DNA of 64,000 nt from an uncultured Bacteroidales bacterium. Lineage in GTDB: Bacteria > Bacteroidota > Bacteroidia > Bacteroidales > UBA10428. The translations under genes and the position numbers were made by a program. Of this stretch, positions 10,029 to 19,551 are shown one piece after another. The notes beneath the pieces were generated by a model. That model did not search any database. It was given only the letters and a program-made list of their open reading frames with translations, and was not told where the DNA came from. Every line of letters begins with the position of its first letter. Within the stretch, counting starts at the first letter, position 1. The DNA is taken from NCBI GenBank assembly GCA_963752195.1, contig CAVVXI010000004.1, positions 87,979 to 151,978 on the forward strand. The letters run 5' to 3'.

Positions 10029-10499
10029 TCAGCGGATGCGATCATACGATTTCACCAGCGCCTCATCCTGATTAATTCCCCGGAATGCCAGAAAGTTCAT
10101 TATAATTCCGACAATCGGAAATACGGCGGCCAATCGATAGGCATGTGTCGAATAATCATAGGAATATCTTGCCATTGTATAATAATACAACATGGTCAAT
10201 GCTATAAATATTAATAAAATAGCGCTTATAATGCACAATCTCGCCTGCACAATGCGGCGGCTGTAAAGAAATATATTAACAAAGTTCAACGAACCGGTGA
10301 TAAGAATTAAAAGAAAGAGGGGGACTGTGTATTTTATATTTTCAGTTTGCGTGATTGTTGCATGTTTCTCAACGAACAGGCTGTAAAAAACAAGGGTATA
10401 ACCGTCCTTTAAGCCTAATTGCGCATAAGGTCTGATCAGCGTCCAACTCATCATTACTGCGACAAGTAAAAGAAAAATCGATTGCTTACGTTGTATCAT
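10029..10499 (-). CDS. DUF4293 family membrane protein
   Basis: MIQRKQSIFL start, four TM segments, C-terminal I.QDEALVKSYDRIR. Confidence 0.85.
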   Translation of the reverse strand: MIQRKQSIFLLLVAVMMSWTLIRPYAQLGLKDGYTLVFYSLFVEKHATITQTENIKYTVPLFLLILITGSLNFVNIFLYSRRIVQARLCIISAILLIFIALTMLYYYTMARYSYDYSTHAYRLAAVFPIVGIIMNFLAFRGINQDEALVKSYDRIR

Positions 10500-10654
10500 A
10501 AATGGATATATATAACATCAAATTTAATAAACTTTTTGAAAACAACATAGCCATTAAGTTGTTGGCTATGGAAGCGACAAACAGAGAATTGTTAACATCT
10601 TCCCTGTTAGGGTAAATTGAAATTGAATAATTTTGAGAAGCTTGTAAAATACGT

Positions 10655-11521
10655 ATGGAAAAGAAAGAGATCATGGCCATGATTGCCTTGCTGGATGATA
10701 CGGACCAGGAGGTCATTTCTGTAATAAAGGATAATCTGATGAAGAGAGGACAGGAAATTGTGCCTGACCTTGAGAAGGCGTGGGAAACCACTTTGGATGA
10801 AAAATTGCAAGCCAGGCTTGAAAATCTTATCCAGGATATACAATTCAATTCAGTGCGCGACGACCTTAAACGGTGGATACAGACCGGGGCGGAATACATC
10901 CTCGAAGGAGCCTTCTATATTGCCAGGTTTCAGTTTCCGGAAATCAGCATGGCAAAGATCAATGAGCAGATTGAGACCATAAGGAAAGATGTGTGGATTG
11001 AGATCAACAGCAGTCTTACCGCATTGGAAAAGGTAAAGATCCTGAATTATATCCTGTTTGACCTTCATAAACTCACCCGCAACAATACAGATTTTTATTC
11101 CCCCCAGAACTCGTATATAAACCAGGTGCTTGAATCGCGAAAAGGCAACCCGATATCCCTCTCCATTATTTACCTGGCAGTTTCCTGGAAACTTGGACTC
11201 CCCATTTATGGAGTAAACCTGCCGAAGAATTTCATCCTTGCCTACATGGATGAATACCGGAACGATGATATGGGGTATAATGAAGAGGACATACTCTTCT
11301 ATATCAATCCCTATAATAAGGGGGCAGTCCTTGGGCGCAGGGAAATCGACTATTTCATTACCCAGCAGCAGATCAAACCGCAGCCTTCATTTTATATGCC
11401 CTGTTCAAACCGGGATATCATTATCCGGCTGATCAACAACCTTATCATGTCGTATGAAAAGCTCGGGTATATGCAAAAAATAACCCGGCTGAAAGAACTT
11501 CTCCGGGTTATGGAATCGTAA
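10655..11521 (+). CDS. SirB1 / transglutaminase-like core protein
   Basis: ALLDD.D N-terminus, NSYINQVLESRKGNPISLSIIY, GVNLPKNFIL, FYINPYN. Confidence 0.82.
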   Translation: MEKKEIMAMIALLDDTDQEVISVIKDNLMKRGQEIVPDLEKAWETTLDEKLQARLENLIQDIQFNSVRDDLKRWIQTGAEYILEGAFYIARFQFPEISMAKINEQIETIRKDVWIEINSSLTALEKVKILNYILFDLHKLTRNNTDFYSPQNSYINQVLESRKGNPISLSIIYLAVSWKLGLPIYGVNLPKNFILAYMDEYRNDDMGYNEEDILFYINPYNKGAVLGRREIDYFITQQQIKPQPSFYMPCSNRDIIIRLINNLIMSYEKLGYMQKITRLKELLRVMES

Positions 11522-11530
11522 TGAAGCGGC

Positions 11531-11551
11531 GGCGAAGTTACATACTTCGCC
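11531..11551. repeat. REP-like or terminator hairpin between convergent genes
   Basis: GGCGAAGT-TACAT-ACTTCGCC perfect 8-bp stem with no clear U tract. Confidence 0.55.
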
Positions 11552-11607
11552 AGGCTGAATTTACTCGTTATCGCTCGTGAAAAAGTTGTAATTTCTCATG
11601 ATATCAA

Positions 11608-13170
11608 TTACTTAGCGTAACTTACTGCCCGTGTTTCACGGATAACGGTGATTTTTATCTGTCCGGGATACGTCATTTCATCCTGGATCCTCCTGGCTAT
11701 CTCGTAGGAAAGGCTGTCTGCTTCCTTGTCCGAGACTTTTTCACTGCCAACAATTACACGCAGCTCCCTTCCTGCCTGTATGGCATAGGTTTTCATCACG
11801 CCGGGATAGGAGAGGGCCAGGGATTCAAGGTCTTTCAACCGCTTGATATACGACTCGACAACTTCCCTGCGGGCGCCCGGTCGAGCACCGGATATTGCAT
11901 CACATACCTGTACAATGGGGGCAATCAGCGTGGTCATTTCAACCTCGTCATGATGCGAACCGATGGCATTGCAGATTTCAGGTTTCTCCTTGTATTTTTC
12001 GGCCAGTTTCATACCGAAAACTGCATGCGGCATTTCAGGCTCATCATCGGGTACCTTTCCAATATCATGCAGCAATCCGGCTCTTTTGGCAAGCTTTGCA
12101 TTCAAGCCCAACTCACTGGCCATAATAGCGCAAAGGTTTGCCACTTCGCGTGAATGCTGCAGGAGGTTCTGTCCGTAGGATGAACGGAATTTCATTTTAC
12201 CGACAAGCCGGATAAGTTCGGGGTGAAGGCCGTGAATCCCTAAATCAATTGTAGTACGTTTTCCAACTTCGACAATCTCATCCTCCACTTGTTTTCTTGT
12301 TTTTTCAACGATTTCCTCAATTCGGGCGGGATGAATTCTTCCGTCGGTAACCAGTTGATGAAGGGCAAGCCGTGCAATTTCGCGACGCACCGGGTCAAAG
12401 GCCGACAATATTATGGCTTCCGGCGTATCGTCAACAATGATCTCAACACCTGTGGCAGCTTCCAGCGCTCGGATATTGCGGCCTTCGCGTCCAATGATCC
12501 GGCCCTTGATCTCATCACTTTCAATGTTGAAAACTGTTACTGAATTTTCGATCGCAGTTTCCGAAGCCACCCGCTGTATGGTCTCCACAACCACTTTTTT
12601 TGCTTCCCGCGTAGCCGTCATTTTGGCTTCAGCCATGATCTCATTCACATAGGATATGGCTTGTGTTTTGGCCTCTTCACGCAAAGACTCTATTAACTGA
12701 TTTTTTGCATCTTCTGCGGATAGGCCGGAAATGGCTTCAAGTTGTTCTACCTGCTGGCGGTGAATCCGGTCCATTTCTTCTGTCCGTTTATCCAGCAATC
12801 CCAATTGGGAATTCATATTCTCGCGCAATAACTCCAGCTCATTTTTAGCCCGCTGCTGTTCCTCGATTTTCTGCGAAAGAAGCATTTCTTTCTGGTTCAG
12901 CCTGTTTTCTGTGGAAATGATCTTGCTGTTCTTTTCATTGATATATTTCTCATGTTCGGTTTTCAGCTGCAGGAATCGTTCCTTAGCCTGAAACATTTTA
13001 TCCCTTTTTTGTGCATCTCCTTCAGCCTCAGCCTCTTTTAATATGCTGAGCTTCTTCCTTTTAAGGGCAAAATTCCAGAGAAAATAGGAAAGGCCCCCGC
13101 CAACAATTAAAGCCAGACAGGCTGTGACGAGGACCTTTACCATTACAATAGTATCGGTTAGTATGGTCAT
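11608..13170 (-). CDS. rny: Ribonuclease Y
   Basis: N-terminal TM, coiled coil, KH domain [15 protein letters not shown] domain [20 protein letters not shown]. Confidence 0.97.
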   Translation of the reverse strand: MTILTDTIVMVKVLVTACLALIVGGGLSYFLWNFALKRKKLSILKEAEAEGDAQKRDKMFQAKERFLQLKTEHEKYINEKNSKIISTENRLNQKEMLLSQKIEEQQRAKNELELLRENMNSQLGLLDKRTEEMDRIHRQQVEQLEAISGLSAEDAKNQLIESLREEAKTQAISYVNEIMAEAKMTATREAKKVVVETIQRVASETAIENSVTVFNIESDEIKGRIIGREGRNIRALEAATGVEIIVDDTPEAIILSAFDPVRREIARLALHQLVTDGRIHPARIEEIVEKTRKQVEDEIVEVGKRTTIDLGIHGLHPELIRLVGKMKFRSSYGQNLLQHSREVANLCAIMASELGLNAKLAKRAGLLHDIGKVPDDEPEMPHAVFGMKLAEKYKEKPEICNAIGSHHDEVEMTTLIAPIVQVCDAISGARPGARREVVESYIKRLKDLESLALSYPGVMKTYAIQAGRELRVIVGSEKVSDKEADSLSYEIARRIQDEMTYPGQIKITVIRETRAVSYAK

Positions 13171-13204
13171 TGAATCTGATATTTATTTGGTTATTAAAAA
13201 AAAA

Positions 13205-13404
13205 CCCGCATAAGTTCCTTCATACGTTGATAAAACCCCAGTACATCATGGGTGGAGAAGCCAATATGTTTCGAACTTCCAATGTCCCTCCCGCAGAGCG
13301 GGGGAATCCCGGTAAACCGGTAATATGGCCTGTTCTTGACATGCTGAGCGGATCTCCAATTTAATTAGTGTTGAGTTTCACAGCATTTGAAGAAACTATG
13401 CGGG
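13205..13404 (-). ncRNA. ssrS: Probable 6S RNA
   Basis: 200 nt between zapA and rny; the ends pair (5' CCCGCAUAGUUUC with 3' GAACUUAUGCGGG) and are followed by a U run; a position downstream of zapA is the usual 6S synteny. Confidence 0.78.
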
Positions 13405-13431
13405 CTATGCTTACTATACAAAGAACTTTTA

Positions 13432-13734
13432 TTACTCTCCTTTAAGGTATTCTTCCAATTCTTCATTTAAATCCTGCAATTTTTGCTCCAGCGGGGAAAT
13501 GTCGGTTTTATCCTCCATTTCAATTATCCTTGTTACAAATTGCAGTGCAGCCATGGCTAAAAAATCCTGAACATCCTTATCTAAATAACGCTGCTTATAC
13601 TGAAGCACCTTTTCATTGATTAAACGGGCTGCTTTTCTAATTTTTTCCTCATCCCTTCTTTCTATTTTCAGTGGATAATACCGGTCCGCTACATTGACTT
13701 TTATTGACAGCTTATCATCCATGATATCATTCAT
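13432..13734 (-). CDS. zapA: Cell division protein ZapA (start may be 13722)
   Basis: IKVNVADRYYPL, EEKIRKAA..IN, DKDVQDFLAMAAL. Confidence 0.9.
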   Translation of the reverse strand: MNDIMDDKLSIKVNVADRYYPLKIERRDEEKIRKAARLINEKVLQYKQRYLDKDVQDFLAMAALQFVTRIIEMEDKTDISPLEQKLQDLNEELEEYLKGE

Positions 13735-13737
13735 CCT

Positions 13738-14034
13738 CTATCGGTTTAAGAGAGCAATACATTTATCAATCTCCCGCACGATTCTGTTTACCTGTATTTT
13801 TGTTTCATGCACATCTTCACCAGGTACTGAAGACAACACTTTAGCTATTTTCAGGTTTTCGTGTTTCTTTTCCAGATCTGCGAGCTTGTTTTCCAGTATT
13901 ATCACCTTTTTCTGCAATTCGGTGTTTTTTTTCTGAAATTCAGCAGCCTTTGATTTTTGGTTCTCATACATGGATATTACGGACATGATCCTTAGTCTCA
14001 GGCTGGAAAATATTTCATCGTACCTCGCATCCAT
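13738..14034 (-). CDS. Coiled-coil protein upstream of zapA (ZapB-like)
   Basis: About 98 aa coiled coil ending VREIDKCIALLN, the usual Bacteroidota zapA neighbour. Confidence 0.75.
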   Translation of the reverse strand: MDARYDEIFSSLRLRIMSVISMYENQKSKAAEFQKKNTELQKKVIILENKLADLEKKHENLKIAKVLSSVPGEDVHETKIQVNRIVREIDKCIALLNR

Positions 14035-14174
14035 TTTACACAAAGATAGATTCAATTTTTCAATTCAACGAAGCAAAATTACGAATTTGTTAATTAATCC
14101 CTTCTTTAAAATAAAGAATATGATTTAGCTTTACAAACCTTGTTAAATTTGAAACACAAGATATATTTAAAGAT

Positions 14175-15917
14175 ATGCAATTTATTTTACAATTATTGAT
14201 TTTTGCCGGTGTATTTGACAATTACTCAGCATACAAACAGGATTCGATCAGGGATGCAACCAGGTCCGTTTACTTTAATGCCCCACTTGATATTCCATTG
14301 GTGTTGGCAGGCAATTACGGAGAAATACGAAGCGCCCATTTTCATGGTGGAATTGACATTAAAACGCAGCAGGTGGAGGGAAAGGCAGTACTTGCCGCCG
14401 ATTCGGGGTATGTTTTCCGGATTGCCGTTCAGTCGGGCGGATACGGACATGCCATTTACCTCAGGCATCCCAGCGGGCTTGTTACCGTATATGGGCACCT
14501 GAAGCGGTTTGCCCCGCCGGTTGAAGCCTGGGTCAAAAGTCAGCAATACCGGAAAAAATCATTTGAAGTGAATCTCAGTCCCGGTGGTAAGCAATTCGTG
14601 TTCCGGAAAGGAGAGGTCATTGGATATTCAGGCAATACTGGTTCTTCAGGGGGGCCGCATTTGCATTTTGAGATCAGGGATAATTCGGCTTCCATTCCAT
14701 TCAATGGATTGAAATATTCCTTTCCCATAAAAGATCTTGTAAAACCAAAAATAGACTGGCTATGTATTTATCCACTTGATGACAGCAGTTCTGTAAACGG
14801 ACTTAACAAAAAACTGCTTTTGCCGGTATCCGTGCTGAAAAACAACTTGTACATAAAGGCCAATAGCCCCATTGTGAGCGGGAATATAGGTTTTGGTATT
14901 GTTACCTACGATTTGCTTAACAACGCTTTGAATAAATGTGAGCCTTATTCAATGAGTTTATACGAGGACAGCGTCCTTCATTTCCGGTGCGTGATCGACA
15001 GCATTCCTTTTTCACAGACCGGCTATGTAGCCAGCCATATTGACTACGATGAAAAGATCAGAAGCGGAAGGGTCATTCAAAAAATGTTTGTGGACCCGAA
15101 CAATGACCTTCGTATTTACAAAAAAGCCATAAACCGGGGAATTATTCACTTTTCAGATTCCCTGGAACACAATATGATTATTTCTGTGGCAGATGCGTAT
15201 GATAACCAGACAGATCTTATTTTCAGTGTGCTTTCATCTGCGGATAAGGGACCTGTGGCCTCACTTCCAAAAGATACGAATATTGTTTCCCGGTTTTACT
15301 ATGACAGTGTGAATGTATATGAAACTCCCGAGGTCAGGGTTGTTGTACCCAAAGACGGGCTCTATGACAATATTAATTTTCATTTCTCAAAAACGGAAAC
15401 AGACAGTGGTAAATATTCATCTGTTTTTAGCATAGGCGGGGAAGAAATTCCTCTTAAGAAAGCTTTTATACTGTCCATTAAGCCCAAAAATCTGCCGCCG
15501 AACCTTCGCAGCAAGGCAGGAATAACCGGCATCGGGATAAAAGGAAACCAGATCAGCCAGGGAGGAAGTTATAGGAATGGATTTGTGACAACCCGGGTAA
15601 AATCTTTCGGACGCTTTTTTATTTCCGTTGACACGCTTGCTCCGACTGTAAGGACTTCCGGTTTCAGGCAGGGCGCAAAATATACAGACGGACAGGTATT
15701 GTCATTCCGTATTCGGGATACAGGTACCGGAATTGCAAAATACAGCGGATATATTGACCAGCAATGGGCACTTTTTGAATATGACGGAAAGAATGACCAC
15801 CTGTATTACCGAATTGATGGAACCAAAATTCAAAAGGGGAAAACACATACGCTTGAGATCATTGTTGCCGATGACCGTGAAAATTTTACCCGCTTTGAAA
15901 GTACGTTTTTTTATTAA
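14175..15917 (+). CDS. M23 family metallopeptidase
   Basis: HFHGGID (HxxxD), YGHL, SGNTGSSGGPHLHFE (HxH). Confidence 0.9.
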   Translation: MQFILQLLIFAGVFDNYSAYKQDSIRDATRSVYFNAPLDIPLVLAGNYGEIRSAHFHGGIDIKTQQVEGKAVLAADSGYVFRIAVQSGGYGHAIYLRHPSGLVTVYGHLKRFAPPVEAWVKSQQYRKKSFEVNLSPGGKQFVFRKGEVIGYSGNTGSSGGPHLHFEIRDNSASIPFNGLKYSFPIKDLVKPKIDWLCIYPLDDSSSVNGLNKKLLLPVSVLKNNLYIKANSPIVSGNIGFGIVTYDLLNNALNKCEPYSMSLYEDSVLHFRCVIDSIPFSQTGYVASHIDYDEKIRSGRVIQKMFVDPNNDLRIYKKAINRGIIHFSDSLEHNMIISVADAYDNQTDLIFSVLSSADKGPVASLPKDTNIVSRFYYDSVNVYETPEVRVVVPKDGLYDNINFHFSKTETDSGKYSSVFSIGGEEIPLKKAFILSIKPKNLPPNLRSKAGITGIGIKGNQISQGGSYRNGFVTTRVKSFGRFFISVDTLAPTVRTSGFRQGAKYTDGQVLSFRIRDTGTGIAKYSGYIDQQWALFEYDGKNDHLYYRIDGTKIQKGKTHTLEIIVADDRENFTRFESTFFY

Positions 15918-15935
15918 TCACTGGATCAGAATAGA

Positions 15936-17012
15936 ATGAATGTAGAAAAATACAGCGTCGTTGGCATGATGTCGGGCACCAGCATGGATGGAATGGACCT
16001 GGTGTTATGCCGGTTCATCCGGGAAAAGAAAGGATGGCATTTCCGTATTGAAAAGGCAGTAACATATGACTATACACCAGAATGGACTCTCCGGCTGAAT
16101 CAGGCATACAATCTTCCTGCCGGTTTATTCCTGAAGTTACATCATGAATACGGCAGACTTATAGGGGACTATGTTACACGATTTATCAAAAACAGTGGAA
16201 TAACGGCAGATCTTGTTGCATCGCACGGGCATACAATCTTTCATCAGCCCGAAAATGGTTTTACCTTTCAGTTGGGGGATGGCGCTTCTATTCTGAGCCA
16301 TTGTAATTTGACAACAGTATCGGATTTCAGAACATTGGATGTTGCGCTTGGCGGACAGGGAGCGCCCCTTGTACCCGTGGGAGATGAACTTCTTTTTTCC
16401 CAATATGCCTATTGCCTCAATCTGGGCGGTTTTGCCAATGTTTCCAACCGGCGTGACGGAAAACGGATTGCTTTTGATATATGCCCGGTAAATATAGTCC
16501 TGAATGAACTGGCCCGGAAAACCGGAAAAGAGTTTGACAAAGACGGTGTAACCGGACGAAGGGGTATTCCACATCAGCCTTTGATAAATGAACTGAACAG
16601 CCTTGAATTTTATGCGTTAAACGGACCAAAATCGCTGGGAAGGGAATGGGTGGAAAAAACAATCCTGCCTTTGCTCCATAAATACGAACTTTCCACGGAG
16701 AACATTCTGAGCAGCGTATATGAACACATTGCCATACAAATCGCATCATACCTTGAGAACTCGGGAACAGGCGAGGTACTGGTAACCGGGGGAGGAGCAT
16801 TTAATAAATACCTTATTGAAAAAATACAGTCCAAAACCAAATGCAGTCTTATAATTCCGGATGATCAGATCATTAAGTTCAAAGAAGCCTTGATTTTTGC
16901 ATTCCTTGGATTGCTGCGATTCCTGAACGAAACCAATTGCCTGTCTTCGGTTACCGGTGCTTGCCGGGATTCCTCTTCGGGAGTTATTCATTTATCCCCG
17001 CAATCGCTGTAA
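15936..17012 (+). CDS. anmK: Anhydro-N-acetylmuramic acid kinase
   Basis: GMMSGTSMDGMD, SHGHTIFH, DFR..DVALGGQGAPLVP, LNLGGFAN, TGGGAFN, KEALIFA. Confidence 0.95.
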   Translation: MNVEKYSVVGMMSGTSMDGMDLVLCRFIREKKGWHFRIEKAVTYDYTPEWTLRLNQAYNLPAGLFLKLHHEYGRLIGDYVTRFIKNSGITADLVASHGHTIFHQPENGFTFQLGDGASILSHCNLTTVSDFRTLDVALGGQGAPLVPVGDELLFSQYAYCLNLGGFANVSNRRDGKRIAFDICPVNIVLNELARKTGKEFDKDGVTGRRGIPHQPLINELNSLEFYALNGPKSLGREWVEKTILPLLHKYELSTENILSSVYEHIAIQIASYLENSGTGEVLVTGGGAFNKYLIEKIQSKTKCSLIIPDDQIIKFKEALIFAFLGLLRFLNETNCLSSVTGACRDSSSGVIHLSPQSL

Positions 17013-17160
17013 ATAAAGAATCGGGTGAGAACCTTTCAGAACTCACCCGATCTTAACCCTAACTACAAAAAAACAAACTAATTATTAACTAAAACTACTA
17101 ATTACGAAAATCAAACTTTCTTTCTATGTCTCACACTAAAATAACCTTTAGCTTAAATTA
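17013..17160 (-). ncRNA. Candidate small RNA of about 150 nt, GU-rich
   Basis: Minus-strand TATATTTG (17173-17166), then a C-poor UUAGU-rich tract, then the stem ATCGGGTGAG/CTCACCCGAT (17020-17051) with a U-rich tail only on the minus strand. Confidence 0.5.
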
Positions 17161-17365
17161 CTCAGCAAATATAGGAACATTATTTGAATTTTATAGGGGG
17201 TCCCCTGTTAAAAAAACAAAAAATTTGTTAATTACTTACTTAAAACAGGGGGTGTATTTTAATTTCCTTAAAATTCAAAGAACGTTAAGATCTTTTTATT
17301 ACCTGATTTTGATCAGCACTTCCTTTTAAATTTAAATGCTAATTTTATCAGCTAAATTCAATACT

Positions 17366-18997
17366 ATGACAATTAAATATCTGGCCACACTTATTTCATT
17401 TTTATTTTTTGTAACAGAAAGTTTGTTTCCATGTACTAACTTTCTGATTACCAAAGGTGCAACCATTGATGGGTCGACCATGATTTCGTATTCTGCCGAT
17501 TCACATGTTTTGTATGGCGAATTGTATTTTACGCCTGCTGCCGATTATCCGGCCGGAACCATGTTGGATGTGAAGGAATGGGATACCGGTAAATATCTTG
17601 GAAAGATAGCACAGGTCCGTCATACCTATTCAGTGGTAGGAAATATGAATGAACACCAGGTTGCCATTGGAGAAACTACTTTTGGGGGAAGGCTTGAATT
17701 AATGGATTCTACGGCTATCATGGATTATGGCAGCCTTATTTATATAACCCTGCAGCGTGCAAAAACCGCCCGGGAAGCTATTCATACCATTGATCAGTTG
17801 ATGACTGATTACGGATATTACAGTGAAGGCGAATCCTTTTCAATCTCTGACCCAAATGAGGTGTGGATTATGGAAATTATGCCCAAAGGTGCGGGTAACA
17901 AGGGTGGCGTATGGGTGGCCAGGAAGGTGCCTGATGGTTATATATGCGGTCATGCCAACCAGTCAAGGATAACAACCTTTCCGCTTAATGATCCTGAAAA
18001 TTGCCTGTATGCTAAAGATGTAATAGATGTGGCAAGGGCAAATGGATATTTTAAAGGAAAAGATGAGGATTTCAGCTTCTCTGATGCTTATGCGCCGCTT
18101 AATTTTGAAGGCATCCGCTTTTGCGATGCCCGTGTATGGTCAGGTTTTATGAAGGTCGCAGATGGCATGGATCAATACCTCGATTATATCAAAGGCGAAA
18201 ACAACGAACACCGCTTCCCGCTGTGGGTTAAGGTAAATCATAAATTAAGCGTAGGCGATGTATTTGCGATCATGCGGGATTACTACCAGGGAACTGAATT
18301 GGACATGACAAAGGACTTCGGCGCGGGCCCGAATCAGAGCATTGTCCGGTGGAGACCCCTGACATGGGTAGTGGACAGTGTGACTTATTTTAATGAAAGA
18401 GCCATATCCACCCAGCAGACCGGGTTTTCTTTTATCGCCCAATCAAGATCATGGCTGCCGGATCCGATTGGCGGTATTGACTGGTTTGGCGTGGATGATA
18501 CCTACAGCACAGTATACAGTCCGATGTATTGCGGAATTAGATCGGTTCCTCCATCATTTGCCGTGGGCAACGGTTCCATGATGGAATTTAATGAAGATGC
18601 TGCATTCTGGGTTTTCAACCAGGTGTCGAATTTCGCCTATACACGATATAACCTGATGATCCCCTTCATTCAGGACAAGCAGAAACAGCTTGAACAAAAG
18701 TATGTGCTTGAAACGAAGGATGTTGATAAGGAAGCAGCGGAACTTTATAAAAAGGATCCTGCGAAAGCGATTGATTTCCTGACCCAATATTCCGTAAAAA
18801 GCGGTGAACATACGGTTGCAGAATGGAAAAACCTGTATGGATTCCTGTTTGCCCGGTTTATGGACGGCAATGTGAAGACGAAGGTTGAAGGACAGCAGAA
18901 TCCTAAGGTAGAACAACCCGGATACAGCGAAGAATGGTATCGCGCGGTTGTTAAGCAGAGCGGGGATAAATTCAGGGTGCCGGAGGAAAAGAAGTAA
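17366..18997 (+). CDS. Peptidase C69 family dipeptidase
   Basis: Signal peptide followed by the Ntn-hydrolase nucleophile CTN; MNEHQVAIGETT, GESFSISD. Confidence 0.9.
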   Translation: MTIKYLATLISFLFFVTESLFPCTNFLITKGATIDGSTMISYSADSHVLYGELYFTPAADYPAGTMLDVKEWDTGKYLGKIAQVRHTYSVVGNMNEHQVAIGETTFGGRLELMDSTAIMDYGSLIYITLQRAKTAREAIHTIDQLMTDYGYYSEGESFSISDPNEVWIMEIMPKGAGNKGGVWVARKVPDGYICGHANQSRITTFPLNDPENCLYAKDVIDVARANGYFKGKDEDFSFSDAYAPLNFEGIRFCDARVWSGFMKVADGMDQYLDYIKGENNEHRFPLWVKVNHKLSVGDVFAIMRDYYQGTELDMTKDFGAGPNQSIVRWRPLTWVVDSVTYFNERAISTQQTGFSFIAQSRSWLPDPIGGIDWFGVDDTYSTVYSPMYCGIRSVPPSFAVGNGSMMEFNEDAAFWVFNQVSNFAYTRYNLMIPFIQDKQKQLEQKYVLETKDVDKEAAELYKKDPAKAIDFLTQYSVKSGEHTVAEWKNLYGFLFARFMDGNVKTKVEGQQNPKVEQPGYSEEWYRAVVKQSGDKFRVPEEKK

Positions 18998-19024
18998 AGA
19001 GTAAGGAGAGATGAGAGATAAGAT

Positions 19025-19066
19025 TGTCGGAAGCGCCGACGATAGGCGTAGTCTCCAGACTACGCC
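19025..19066. repeat. Pair of REP-like hairpins
   Basis: GTCGG-AAGCG-CCGAC and the near-perfect palindrome GGCGTAGTCT-CC-AGACTACGCC (19045-19066) between convergent genes. Confidence 0.6.
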
Positions 19067-19074
19067 AAGCCCTG

Positions 19075-19293
19075 TCAGTGGAGTGAATGATGAAAAAATC
19101 TTTCGTTCAGTTCCATCTGCAATACCCGGATTTTATCCTGCAACCGTTTAATTTCATCCTGCAGTAACAAAGCAGCATTGCGATTTCCCTCTGATATAAG
19201 ATCCTTAATGAACCGACGATTGATCAATATTTTCTTTTGGCATTCATAAATATTGGTAACCAATCTTTTGACATTCTCCTTAATATTAAGCAT
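19075..19293 (-). CDS. Small hypothetical helical-hairpin / coiled-coil protein (72 aa)
   Basis: ATG start in otherwise empty intergenic space, heptad pattern LQDEIKRLQDKIRVLQMEL, A-rich leader. Confidence 0.6.
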   Translation of the reverse strand: MLNIKENVKRLVTNIYECQKKILINRRFIKDLISEGNRNAALLLQDEIKRLQDKIRVLQMELNERFFHHSLH

Positions 19294-19551
19294 AACGGTA
19301 ATTTTTTGGTAAAGAATCGATAAAAACTTATATGGAAAAGGTACTCCATATTTAATTAAATAACGGTTTTATGTGCGACTTTATTTCCATACCTGAGATT
19401 TAATTAAATAAATCTGAAAATTCTTTCCAATCCTCATGTAACGTCTGAATTTGGTTTATTCACGACAAGCCGGTGACCTATAGTTTGATAAAATGCAATG
19501 TGCAGGATGCACCCGAGTCAAGAGAAACCCTGAGGAAATAATATCCAGGTG

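Noticed and set aside
13170..13364. 64-aa plus-strand ORF between rny and zapA
   Set aside because: Antisense to the probable 6S RNA; TTG start and no protein features
17126..17329. 67-aa ORF upstream of the C69 peptidase
   Set aside because: AT-rich promoter region with no recognisable protein features; overlaps the candidate sRNA promoter
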